The position numbers and the translations under genes were made by a program. A stretch of 64,000 bases of DNA from Candidatus Bathyarchaeota archaeon (GTDB lineage: Archaea; Thermoproteota; Bathyarchaeia; Bathyarchaeales; Bathycorpusculaceae). Below the pieces are notes generated by a model. The model was not told the origin of the DNA, ran no database searches, and saw only the letters and a list, made by a program, of their open reading frames with translations. Positions 49,128-58,040 of the stretch are shown piece after piece. The stretch is from NCBI GenBank assembly GCA_963833575.1, contig CAWHXY010000004.1, forward strand, positions 960,001-1,024,000, given 5' to 3'. How positions within the stretch are numbered: position 1 is the first letter of the stretch; every line of letters begins with the position of its first letter.

Positions 49128-49230
49128 TTAAGGAAATTTATTCTGTCCTCTCTGAAATATTCTTCTGGACATTATCTTATCAGTTAATCAATGCCATCCG
49201 AATGTCTCTGTCAGCTTTCATTGTCTGAAA

Positions 49231-49351
49231 ATGTCAAATTGTGTCAAATTGTGTCAATTTATGTCAAATTATGTCAAAAAATGTATCAACCTGTAACGAA
49301 TTCAAGCTTTGCTTCAAAAAAGCAATCCAAAACAAACAGCAAAAAATGCAC
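49231..49351. repeat. Decamer-array element copy C ((RTGTCAAWTT)x5, then CAACCTGTAA + A-tract tail)
   Basis: atgtcaaatt gtgtcaaatt gtgtcaattt atgtcaaatt atgtcaaaaa atgtat caacctgtaa ... aaaaaatgcac. Confidence 0.9.
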
Positions 49352-49388
49352 CAGTTCCCACCGCCGACCTCAATCTCACTTAGAATAG

Positions 49389-50024
49389 TTACACTTCAAT
49401 CAATGACCAACTAGCAGCAAAAGCCCCACGCTTAGCCTTCAGGGCTGAATCGCCTCCAGCGACAATGATAACATCATTATCTTCGGGAGTTAACTCTTTT
49501 AGAATTTGGTTTGCAGCTGTTGGATACTGCTTCTCGATGCAATCGCTGACTGACTTAATACACAAATGACCCTGATCAAAAACGATGACTAGGGCTTTTC
49601 GTGCACCAGCAATGATGGCTGCATCCCGCTGGTCAATTCCAGACTGTACTTTCTGTCCGCTACCCTTAACTAGAAAAGCAAAAACAAAATCAGATTCAAT
49701 TAATTCCGATTTTCTTATTTCAACCCTTTTTGGAAAAACCTGCTCAAATTGTCCCCAAACCTCTAAGCCTTTTTTTGATAAACTGCAGCCCTCTTTGCTG
49801 GTTTCAATTAAGCCAGCGTCTTTGAGTCTACTTATTATGGTTCGCACTGCTCCATCGCCAACATTAAGTTTCTTAGCCAATTTGTTTCTACCTAAGGGTT
49901 CTTGCGATAGAAGCTCTAAAGCATAAAAAATATGGAACACACTAAAAGAAGTGGATGGCCCCGGAGCTTTCTTTCCAGCAATTCCTTGAATGAACTTTTT
50001 TAACGATACAGCCATATTTTGCAC
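49389..50024 (-). CDS. wHTH-containing DUF4443-type protein
   Basis: 'GP...FS.FH', 'PLGRNKLAKKLNVGDGAVRTIISRLK..GLI', 'SGIDQRDAAI.AGA'. Confidence 0.75.
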   Translation of the reverse strand: MQNMAVSLKKFIQGIAGKKAPGPSTSFSVFHIFYALELLSQEPLGRNKLAKKLNVGDGAVRTIISRLKDAGLIETSKEGCSLSKKGLEVWGQFEQVFPKRVEIRKSELIESDFVFAFLVKGSGQKVQSGIDQRDAAIIAGARKALVIVFDQGHLCIKSVSDCIEKQYPTAANQILKELTPEDNDVIIVAGGDSALKAKRGAFAASWSLIEV

Positions 50025-50076
50025 TACTCTAACTTAACATCTACTAGGTTTTTATAATTTGCCAAAAGGTTAATGT

Positions 50077-50454
50077 TTAGTCTCTGTAAGCAACAACTGA
50101 AATCTCAACAAGCGCATTACCTTTCAATTCTACACCAACGGTGGCCCTCGCAGGAAATTCAAAAGCAAACCATCTTGCATATTCCAAATTAAACTCATCA
50201 AACAAATCCATAGACGAAAGATAAACATTGGATTGAACAATATCTTTCAAACTATAGCCTGCAGCTTCTAAGATAGCTTTTATGTTCTCCATTACCTTTC
50301 TTGTCTGCAACGTTACATCATTAGTTACTATTTTTCCTTCCTTTGGGTCGATCGCAAGTTGGCCTGAAACAAATAGGAATTTGCCTGCTATTACTGCTTG
50401 ATTATACGGACCCACCGGTTTTGGCGCTTTTTCGCTGAATACTGTTGTTCTCAC
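50077..50454 (-). CDS. ridA: RidA/YjgF reactive intermediate deaminase
   Basis: 'AP.PVGPYNQA', 'FVSGQ', 'FPARATV', 'LVEI'. Confidence 0.93.
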   Translation of the reverse strand: MRTTVFSEKAPKPVGPYNQAVIAGKFLFVSGQLAIDPKEGKIVTNDVTLQTRKVMENIKAILEAAGYSLKDIVQSNVYLSSMDLFDEFNLEYARWFAFEFPARATVGVELKGNALVEISVVAYRD

Positions 50455-50617
50455 GTTTTTCCCTATTATGCCAGTGTTGTTCAGGCATTAAAATGGTTTC
50501 TGCCAGCAAGCATCAGCTATAATCGCCCGTTAATTAGCCTCTGTATTGCAGAAAGACTTTTAAGAAAAATAGCAAGTTACTTATGTTCTTATTTACAACA
50601 GCACGGAAAAGATTCCT

Positions 50618-51796
50618 ATGAAAAGAAACGGAAAATACTTGTTTACTTCTGAGTCAGTCGGAGAAGGTCACCCAGATAAAGTATCAGACCAAATATCCGA
50701 CAGCGTTTTAGACGCAATATTCACACATGATCCCAAAGCGCGAGTTGACTGCGAAACGCTCGTTATGCAAGGAACCGTAATGATCACTGGACAAATAACC
50801 ACTTGTACATACATTGATATCCCGAAAGTTGTCCGCCAAACGCTAAAAGAAATCGGATTTGACAATGCCAAAGATGGCTTAGACTGGGAAACATGCGGAA
50901 TTCTAGTTTCATTAACTGCTCAGTCTCCAGACATTGCGATGGGAGTCAACGAATCCGCAGGTCACGAGCAAGGCGCTGGTGACCAAGGAATGGTTTTCGG
51001 TTACGCATCAAACGAGACAAAAGAGCTTATGCCGCTGCCAATTATGCTGTCGCATAAACTTGTTAAGCGTTTAGCTGAGTGCAGAAAAACAAAACTTATT
51101 CCTTGCCTGCGTCCGGACTGCAAATCTCAGGTCACTGTGGAATACGAGAATGGCAAGCCAAAATGTGTAAAAACCGTTGTTATTGCAGCACAAAACAATG
51201 GAACAATGGATGACGCAACTTTAAAGAAGGAAATTATTGAAAAAGTTATCAAAAATGTAATACCCGCAAACATGCTTGCTGAGGACATAAAATATGTTAT
51301 CAACGGAACAGGCAGATTCGTCATAGGCGGAACACTTGCAGATTCAGGATTAACCGGTAGAAAGATAATTGTTGACACATATGGTGGAGTGGGAAGCCAC
51401 GGCGGCGGATGCTTCAGCGGCAAAGACCCATCAAAAGTAGATCGATCAGGCTGCTACATGGCAAGATACATAGCCAAAAACATTGTTGCTTCGGGCTTGG
51501 CGGATCAATGCGAAATCCAAATCTCCTACGCAATCGGAGTAGCTCAACCAATCTCAGTGCTAGTGAATACTTATGAAACTGGAAAACTGCCTGACTCGCA
51601 AGTCCTTGAGCTGGTGCAAAAATATTTTGATATGAGACCAAAGGCAATCATTGATCAACTTGACTTGCTAAGACCAATATACAAGAAAACAGCGGTTTTC
51701 GGCCATTTTGGAAGAGAAGAACCAGAATTCACCTGGGAAAAAACCGACAAAGCAGAGCAACTGAAAAAAGAATTAGAAAAAGCCAAAAAAACCTAA
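50618..51796 (+). CDS. metK: S-adenosylmethionine synthetase, bacterial/eukaryotic type
   Basis: '[13 protein letters not shown]', 'QSPDIA.GV', 'GAGDQG', '[14 protein letters not shown]', '[15 protein letters not shown]', 'FGHFGR'. Confidence 0.97.
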   Translation: MKRNGKYLFTSESVGEGHPDKVSDQISDSVLDAIFTHDPKARVDCETLVMQGTVMITGQITTCTYIDIPKVVRQTLKEIGFDNAKDGLDWETCGILVSLTAQSPDIAMGVNESAGHEQGAGDQGMVFGYASNETKELMPLPIMLSHKLVKRLAECRKTKLIPCLRPDCKSQVTVEYENGKPKCVKTVVIAAQNNGTMDDATLKKEIIEKVIKNVIPANMLAEDIKYVINGTGRFVIGGTLADSGLTGRKIIVDTYGGVGSHGGGCFSGKDPSKVDRSGCYMARYIAKNIVASGLADQCEIQISYAIGVAQPISVLVNTYETGKLPDSQVLELVQKYFDMRPKAIIDQLDLLRPIYKKTAVFGHFGREEPEFTWEKTDKAEQLKKELEKAKKT

Positions 51797-51877
51797 ATTC
51801 TTAATTTATTTTTTCATTTTCTTCTACTCTGACAATTAATTAGCTGATTCTATAGTTTTGATTAAAATTCTCAAATG

Positions 51878-52007
51878 GGCTTAAAATAGCTTAAAAGAGC
51901 TTGAACTAGCTTAAACTAGCTTGAAATAGCTTAAGATACACTCAACCTGCAACCAATTCGAGCCCTAAATCAAAAAGAAACCCGAAAGGCAAACAAAAAA
52001 ATTGCAC
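51878..52007. repeat. Decamer-array element copy D ((AGCTTRAAMT)x6, then CAACCTGCAA + A-tract tail)
   Basis: ggcttaaaat agcttaaaag agcttgaact agcttaaact agcttgaaat agcttaagat acact caacctgcaa ... aaaaaaattgcac. Confidence 0.9.
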
Positions 52008-52215
52008 TAAAAACAGCAATATGGAATTCACAAACACCGTTCATCAAGTCAGAGAATTGTATTTTTTTTAAGAGACGTGTAACAGATAATGGCTTTAGAT
52101 TGAAGCTGGATTATTATGTTCCCTGTTAAACGAATTAAGTATTAGCTATTATTGTGGGAAAGACTTAATTCCTTATTCTAATATTTGTTTGAAAAATAAC
52201 AAGAAGGCACTATAG

Positions 52216-53259
52216 TTGGCTAGTCTTTCGCAGTTAAAATTTGCAATGTGGCTTTCGATTTTCTTATCAGCCTTCATATTTGGCCTTCTTGTATTTGTAA
52301 TAGTATTCTTTTTACAATTGGATGTCTTTGTTGGTTTAGCTGTCGCCTTAGGGGGTTCGGCACTTTTCATATTATTCCAGTGGGCAGTGGGTCCAGCGAT
52401 TGTTGTAGCGTCAACGCATTTGCATTATCTCAAGCCTGGCGAAAATCCGTGGCTTGAAAAAACCGTTAAAGATTTAGCTGATAAAAGCGGTTTACCCATG
52501 CCAAAGTTGGCAACAGTCCCAAATAATACGCCTAACGCGTTTACTTTTGGTAGAAACACAAGCAGCTCAACCTTGGCTGTGCATGAAGGTTTACTCAGGC
52601 AGTTAAATGAAGAGGAAATCAAAGGCGTTATAGCTCACGAGTTAGGCCATGTTAAACATAAAGATTACATTGTTATGACTGTACTCTCAGCCTTGCCGTT
52701 AATCGCCTACTTCATTGCACAGGCAACATTGTATGCTGGAGCTTTTAGCGGAGGGCGAAGAAACAGTAAAGATAACTCTGGTGCAGTTTTAATTGCAATA
52801 GGCGTAATCGCTTTTGTGATTTATATTTTAACATTCCTTATTGTTATGAGACTTAGCAGGCTTCGCGAACATTATGCAGATGCATATTCTGCCTACGTGA
52901 CTGGTTCGCCCAGACAATTAGAAAGTGCTTTGGCAAAAATTACCTATGGTTTATCGCTTTCGCCTAAAGCTCCAGAGGGAGTTAGAGCATTCTACATTGA
53001 AGACCCAGCAGCGGCGAAGCAGGAAGTTCAGCATATCATGGAACATAAAGATGAATATGATTTGGACCATGACGGCGTGTTAGATGAACATGAATTGGAG
53101 TTAGCGATGGAGAAAGAAGCAAAAGGTACGTGGGTGCAAATGAATAGTTTGTTTGCCACTCATCCACCGACGTTTAAACGTATTTTGCTTTTGCGGGAAA
53201 TCGAGCAGGAAATGGACACAGGCAAATATAGCAGCGACAAAATCTATTCTCACGTCTAG
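52216..53259 (+). CDS. htpX: Zinc metalloprotease HtpX (M48)
   Basis: 'PNAFTFG', 'AHELGH', 'SRLREHYAD', 'FATHPP'; TM helices. Confidence 0.95.
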   Translation: MASLSQLKFAMWLSIFLSAFIFGLLVFVIVFFLQLDVFVGLAVALGGSALFILFQWAVGPAIVVASTHLHYLKPGENPWLEKTVKDLADKSGLPMPKLATVPNNTPNAFTFGRNTSSSTLAVHEGLLRQLNEEEIKGVIAHELGHVKHKDYIVMTVLSALPLIAYFIAQATLYAGAFSGGRRNSKDNSGAVLIAIGVIAFVIYILTFLIVMRLSRLREHYADAYSAYVTGSPRQLESALAKITYGLSLSPKAPEGVRAFYIEDPAAAKQEVQHIMEHKDEYDLDHDGVLDEHELELAMEKEAKGTWVQMNSLFATHPPTFKRILLLREIEQEMDTGKYSSDKIYSHV

Positions 53260-53360
53260 AATAACAACTTTTTTGATTTAAACCAGTTTAAAACCATGCG
53301 AAGACTAATATCTTTGCTGTATCGATTTATTATAAAATTGATCAGGAGAGAACAAAAAGA

Positions 53361-53567
53361 ATGGTAAATTACTGTCCTGAATGCGGCGGAGAAATTCAGT
53401 ATATCTCGTTGACCAAGCATTATGTTTGCAAAAGCTGCGGTTTATCATGCACTGGGCAAGAACTCAATGACTTGCACGACAAAAACAGACCAGCTTATGA
53501 AACCGAAGAAGAAGCAAAACAGAACCGCAAAAAAGAATACCTCAAATGGTATCTAAGCAAGAAATAA
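53361..53567 (+). CDS. Small CPxCG zinc-ribbon protein
   Basis: 'CPECGG...YVCKSCG'; GGAG RBS. Confidence 0.8.
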   Translation: MVNYCPECGGEIQYISLTKHYVCKSCGLSCTGQELNDLHDKNRPAYETEEEAKQNRKKEYLKWYLSKK

Positions 53568-53741
53568 AACCGAAACAAAAAGAAACGAACCTTTTGGTTA
53601 GTTTTGACTCTTTTTCTAATCTTTGATTTTCAACAAATTTAGTGGTTAGCAATAAAATGGCTCCTTAGACATGCTTTTGAGTTTAGTACAAGGAAACGGT
53701 ATAAAAGAAAACAACCTTCTAGTTTAGCCATCTGTAGAAAG

Positions 53742-54578
53742 ATGCGAAGCAATATGACTGTAGACGTAGAAATAATCTGTATAGGTAACGAATTGTTGAT
53801 AGGCAAAACCCTAAATACAAATGCACATTGGCTTGGAAGACAAGCGACTATTCTTGGGGCAAATGTGAAACGCATTACTGTGGTACAGGATATTGTTGAT
53901 GAGATAGCCGGTATCATTTGCGAAGTCATACGTCGAAAGCCTCAATTCATATTTGTCACTGGGGGGTTAGGCCCAACTTTTGACGACAAAACGTTAGAGG
54001 GTATTGCAAAAGCTTTGAACTGCAAATTGCAGGTCAACCAAAAAGCGTTAGCTATGGTTAAAGAAAAATGTGAAGAATACGCTAGAAAAAGGCATCTTCA
54101 AATCCCTATTGAATTGACGCCGGCTAGAGTGAAAATGGCGATGTTGCCAGATAAGGCAGAGCCAATTTGCAACCCCATCGGATCGGCACCTGGAGTGAGA
54201 GCGGCTATTGAAGGTACCGTTTTGTTTGCGCTGCCAGGTGTGCCTTTAGAGATGGAAGCGATTTTTATGGATTCAATATCGTCGCTGCTTAGTCAAGCTG
54301 TAGGTGACAGAGTTTTTGTCGAGGAAAGTATGTTTGTGGACAACATGGCGGAATCATTTTTGGCTCCATTAATCGACAAAGTCATGGAGGCTAATGAGGG
54401 CGTTTATATTAAATCTCATGTTTTCACGGGAGCTCATTCAATGAGTGTGGAAAATAAACCTCATATTGAGGTTCATTTAACCGCAAGAGCCAAAGCCAAA
54501 GAAAACCCTGAGATGAAGCTTCTAAAAGCTAAAGATGAACTCTCAAAGTTAATAGAAGCCGATGGGCAACCAACATAA
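53742..54578 (+). CDS. CinA-like molybdopterin-binding domain protein
   Basis: 'IGNELL.G..LNTNA', 'TGGLGPTFDD.T', 'NPIGSAPG', 'LPGVP.EM'. Confidence 0.92.
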   Translation: MRSNMTVDVEIICIGNELLIGKTLNTNAHWLGRQATILGANVKRITVVQDIVDEIAGIICEVIRRKPQFIFVTGGLGPTFDDKTLEGIAKALNCKLQVNQKALAMVKEKCEEYARKRHLQIPIELTPARVKMAMLPDKAEPICNPIGSAPGVRAAIEGTVLFALPGVPLEMEAIFMDSISSLLSQAVGDRVFVEESMFVDNMAESFLAPLIDKVMEANEGVYIKSHVFTGAHSMSVENKPHIEVHLTARAKAKENPEMKLLKAKDELSKLIEADGQPT

Positions 54579-54621
54579 TTGTGCTGGAGAGGCTAAGTTA
54601 AAAGTGATTTTGTCTTGGAAT

Positions 54622-54903
54622 TTATTCTGTTGGTTCAATTGTGACCTCTAACGGTAAGCCTGCAAGACTTGGTTCATCACGTCTAAGTAGGGCTATCTGT
54701 AGCTTTGGAACAACTATTCGTCCGTCCATGTGCATTTTGCCAAGAAAACTTTCTCTTACACCCATCGCGCCAACCACGCTAACGGTGATTCGTAAGACCT
54801 CCGACGACTCCAGCTTGCATTGCCAACGGATCAATTTAGGAATGTACAAAAGATCTCTTTTTTTTAACAGCGCTTTAAAAGCTACTCTTTGAGTTAACGG
54901 CAA
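54622..54903 (-). CDS. Tandem AbrB/SpoVT-like (swapped-hairpin) DNA-binding protein
   Basis: Two AbrB-like units: 'FKALL...LYIPKLIRW..KL...EVLRITV' and 'FLGKMHMDGRIVVPK..IALL......LEVTIEP'. Confidence 0.7.
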   Translation of the reverse strand: MPLTQRVAFKALLKKRDLLYIPKLIRWQCKLESSEVLRITVSVVGAMGVRESFLGKMHMDGRIVVPKLQIALLRRDEPSLAGLPLEVTIEPTE

Positions 54904-54920
54904 ATTACCAGCTTCTTTCC

Positions 54921-55053
54921 ATCACATTTCCACACAAAATCACACATTTCCACACATTTAAGCACAAATACACACATTCCAGCACACAACCTGCAAACAA
55001 TCTAAGCTTCGCTTCAAAAAAGCAACTTAAAACACAAAGAACAAAAATTACAC
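54921..55053. repeat. Decamer-array element copy E ((CACACAWWTN)x6, then CAACCTGCAA + A-tract tail)
   Basis: atcacatttc cacacaaaat cacacatttc cacacattta agcacaaata cacacattcc agcaca caacctgcaa ... aaaaattacac. Confidence 0.88.
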
Positions 55054-55168
55054 TGAAATTCTGAGGTCATTCATAGACTTAGAGAGACTTATCAAAACAG
55101 TTTGAACAAAATAAATTCTGGCGATTTACTGTTACAAACTTAAGATTCCAAAAAAATAAAAAGAAAGA

Positions 55169-56167
55169 TTAGATTGGGTATGCTCCGCAGGTTTTGCAGA
55201 ACTGAATCTTTGTTTTAATGTAGCTCTTGCACTTGGGGCACTGGACGGCGCCTTCAACCTTGGGGAAAACGTCTTTGGGTTTGCCAAATTTCTTTCGGAA
55301 TATTTCGTAATAGAGCAGTTGTTCTTTATCTTGGATTTCCACATCATCTTCTGCTTTTATCGCCTTCTTTTTCTCCTCGAAATCTTTGTCACTCAACATA
55401 TCATTAAAGTAAGTTCTCAGCGTTTCCGTTCCTGTTCCTTGTTCAAGTGGTGCTTTCGGTCTCCAAATGATATCTTTAGGTATTACGTCTTCGTAGGCTT
55501 TTCTTAGGATCCATTTGCTGTATTTTACGCCATTGTACATGTTTATCTTGAATTTGATTGGTAATGCCATTGCCCACTTCATAAATTCTGGGTCCCTATA
55601 TGGTGCCTTGATTGTCATTCCAAGAGACTCTGCCATGGGGAATGAGGAGAAGCCCATTTCTGCCCACATTTCTTCTTGTTTCTTAGCAAATTCAGATTCC
55701 GTTAAATGGAACTGCCATGGGTAACCAAATAGTTCGTCGAGTGCATCGCCTGTGAATACGCTTTTGATTCCTTTTGGCTTCAACAAAGTTAAGCCTATGT
55801 AAACTGGTAGGCTGTTTCTGATTTCCATGGGGTCAAATTTTTTGAGTGCTTCCACAACTTTGGGGTAGAATTTGAATACGTCTTCTTTGCCGAATTCGTA
55901 GGTTTCTTGTTTTAGATGTAGAAGTTCAACCATTTTCTTTACATATTCAGTGTCTTTTGGTTTTCCATGTTTAAAAGCTAAGGTTAAGCATGGAATGTCG
56001 GGTTTGTACTTAACTGCTTCATAAGCAATTATTTGCGTGTCTGTTCCTGCTGAAAATAGAAAGCCATCTGCCATGTTTTTCTTTACAACTTTGTTTACTA
56101 AAGTTCTTACTTCGGGCAAGAGTTTTGTGTATTCTGATGGATTTAGTGCCATTTTTTTCCCTCGCAA
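55169..56167 (-). CDS. Asparagine synthetase-like ATP pyrophosphatase domain (no glutaminase domain) with C-terminal zinc ribbon
   Basis: PP-loop variant 'LFSAGTDT', 'FTGDALDELFGY', 'APYRD', 'KWILRKA', 'WRPK'; 'CPKC...CKTCG'. Confidence 0.85.
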   Translation of the reverse strand: MRGKKMALNPSEYTKLLPEVRTLVNKVVKKNMADGFLFSAGTDTQIIAYEAVKYKPDIPCLTLAFKHGKPKDTEYVKKMVELLHLKQETYEFGKEDVFKFYPKVVEALKKFDPMEIRNSLPVYIGLTLLKPKGIKSVFTGDALDELFGYPWQFHLTESEFAKKQEEMWAEMGFSSFPMAESLGMTIKAPYRDPEFMKWAMALPIKFKINMYNGVKYSKWILRKAYEDVIPKDIIWRPKAPLEQGTGTETLRTYFNDMLSDKDFEEKKKAIKAEDDVEIQDKEQLLYYEIFRKKFGKPKDVFPKVEGAVQCPKCKSYIKTKIQFCKTCGAYPI

Positions 56168-56357
56168 TTACATTGTTTGTCTTCCATCCAGTATTTAAGC
56201 CTTATTCGTATGCAAATAAAAGCAAAAGAATAGTAAACAGATGTGTTAAAAGTTAGCAAAATACTGAACAGACGAGTTATGCTCCATCTAAAACAGCACA
56301 TTTAAAAGTGCAAAACTGAAAATCAATAAACAGCCTTAACACATCAGAGGATACAAA

Positions 56358-57110
56358 TTGAAAACTTGCATACTCCATATGAAAATACGAAATTCCATAG
56401 ACGGCAACATAGAAGCCGCTAAATCAGCAATCCAAAAAGCTGCCAAACAAAAACCAGCGCTCATTGCTCTTCCAGAATACTTCACAGTCCCCAACTGCAT
56501 GGGAGACTTTACTAACGCACAAAAAATTTCACAAGAAACCTGTGAAAAGACGCTAGATTTTCTTGAGAAAATTTCTACAGAACTCGGTGACACTTACCTG
56601 CTAGGCGGCTCAGTTCTTGAAGAAAATGAAGGCAAATACTACAACACAAGTACCCTATGGAAAAATGGTTCTCTTTTAGCTAAATACAAAAAAATAAACC
56701 CAATTGCAGCCGAAATTAAAGCCGGCGTTGCCAGAGGCAACCAACCCCTCGTAGTTAATACAGAAATTGGGAAAATCGGGCTTCTGGTATGTGCAGACTC
56801 GTTTGACCCCGAGCTTGTAAAGCATACTGCCAAATTGGGTGCAGAGATACTTTCTTTGCCTGTAGCAGCAATGGGCACTCATCCAATTGTTCAAGGTCAC
56901 CCGTTAACTGAAAAAATCGCTTCGGATTATGGTTTGTTTGTGCTTAAAGTTGGAAACGTCTGCTCAAGTATGAGAGGTGGAAGAAGCGCAATTATTGCTC
57001 CCTGGGGGATACTTGGTGAAGTAACAGATTCACCTGAAGATTCGATCTTAACCAGAGAACTTGACATGAAACGACTGGGTGAATACAGAAAGAAACTCAG
57101 TAAATTTTAG
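56358..57110 (+). CDS. Carbon-nitrogen hydrolase (nitrilase superfamily)
   Basis: E-K-C triad: 'LPEY', 'YKKI', 'LVCAD'; 'GRSAIIAPWG'. Confidence 0.92.
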   Translation: MKTCILHMKIRNSIDGNIEAAKSAIQKAAKQKPALIALPEYFTVPNCMGDFTNAQKISQETCEKTLDFLEKISTELGDTYLLGGSVLEENEGKYYNTSTLWKNGSLLAKYKKINPIAAEIKAGVARGNQPLVVNTEIGKIGLLVCADSFDPELVKHTAKLGAEILSLPVAAMGTHPIVQGHPLTEKIASDYGLFVLKVGNVCSSMRGGRSAIIAPWGILGEVTDSPEDSILTRELDMKRLGEYRKKLSKF

Positions 57111-58002
57111 TCCACTGATCAACTATTCGACTCATTTCTTCAAATTTGTATTTTCCCAGCCATTCTCGAAAATCACTATTGTGAACAGCAAACCTGCAGA
57201 CTTGTCGGGCATTTTCTGAATCATGTACTAAGAGAAGTACTGCGTCCAATTTGTGTCTTGAAACATAAGCCACCGTTTTAAGTAGCGCATTCAGTTTTTC
57301 GTCGGTTGGCATTTCAGCACTTAACTCTAAAACAACAGGTTTCTTCAGTGACTCTGCGAAGTCTCGTGCGAGCATATCAACCCAATACATTGTGAAGTAG
57401 TCTCGTGAGGAAAGTGGCACATGAAAATAATCAACTAATTCGGCAATCGCATCTAAGTCTAAGCCGAATCTTTGCTTTGCAAGCAGGGGGTCGGGGTAAA
57501 TTTCAACCGCGAACGTTCCTTTTGTGTGGGATTTGGCTTCTTTGAGGAATTTTGCTATTGTTTGAGCTCGCCACTGTATCCAGCTCAAGTCGCTTTCTTT
57601 CCATTGTCCTAAGCACCTAGGGCAGACGCAGAATTCTTGATCGGGAAAATGATAAAGATTTAACGTTATGCCCATGATGTTTTCCTTACTTAAGCAGTCC
57701 AAGTAGTCATACACTTTTGCTCTGTAGATGGGTTCTGTTGGGCAGACGAAATCAAAAGCCAGATTGCTTCTTCTATTTTTTCGCAAAGCTGGACCTGTAT
57801 CTGATATTGCAACTATTCTTGGGTCTTCGCGAATGGCTTTAGCATCACAAAAAACTGTCACGTCATTTTGCATACATTTTGCGGCTGGAAAAATTTGCCC
57901 GTCTGCCCATTTTGAATAGTAAACGTGAAGGTCAAAACCCTCTACTTTTTCAGGTTTATAGGTGACTAACCCAATTTGCATGTTCTTCACCAGTGCTCGC
58001 AA
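57097..58002 (-). CDS. Putative TIM-barrel (glycoside-hydrolase-like) protein with C-Xn-CxCxxC motif, paralog 1
   Basis: 'FVCPTEP', 'HFPDQEFCVCPRC', 'WRAQTI..FL', 'RFGLD...AELVDY'. Confidence 0.7.
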   Translation of the reverse strand: MRALVKNMQIGLVTYKPEKVEGFDLHVYYSKWADGQIFPAAKCMQNDVTVFCDAKAIREDPRIVAISDTGPALRKNRRSNLAFDFVCPTEPIYRAKVYDYLDCLSKENIMGITLNLYHFPDQEFCVCPRCLGQWKESDLSWIQWRAQTIAKFLKEAKSHTKGTFAVEIYPDPLLAKQRFGLDLDAIAELVDYFHVPLSSRDYFTMYWVDMLARDFAESLKKPVVLELSAEMPTDEKLNALLKTVAYVSRHKLDAVLLLVHDSENARQVCRFAVHNSDFREWLGKYKFEEMSRIVDQWTKIY

Positions 58003-58040
58003 ACAATATATTCTTGGCGCTTAATTAATTGGTGATTTAA

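Noticed and set aside
49191-49388. 65-aa plus-strand ORF with repeated 'VKLCQ'
   Set aside because: It is just the translation of array copy C and its A-rich tail; the other copies do not keep an equivalent ORF.
48828-55053. Decamer arrays as CRISPR arrays
   Set aside because: Units are 10 bp and directly adjacent with no unique spacers; no cas genes in the window.
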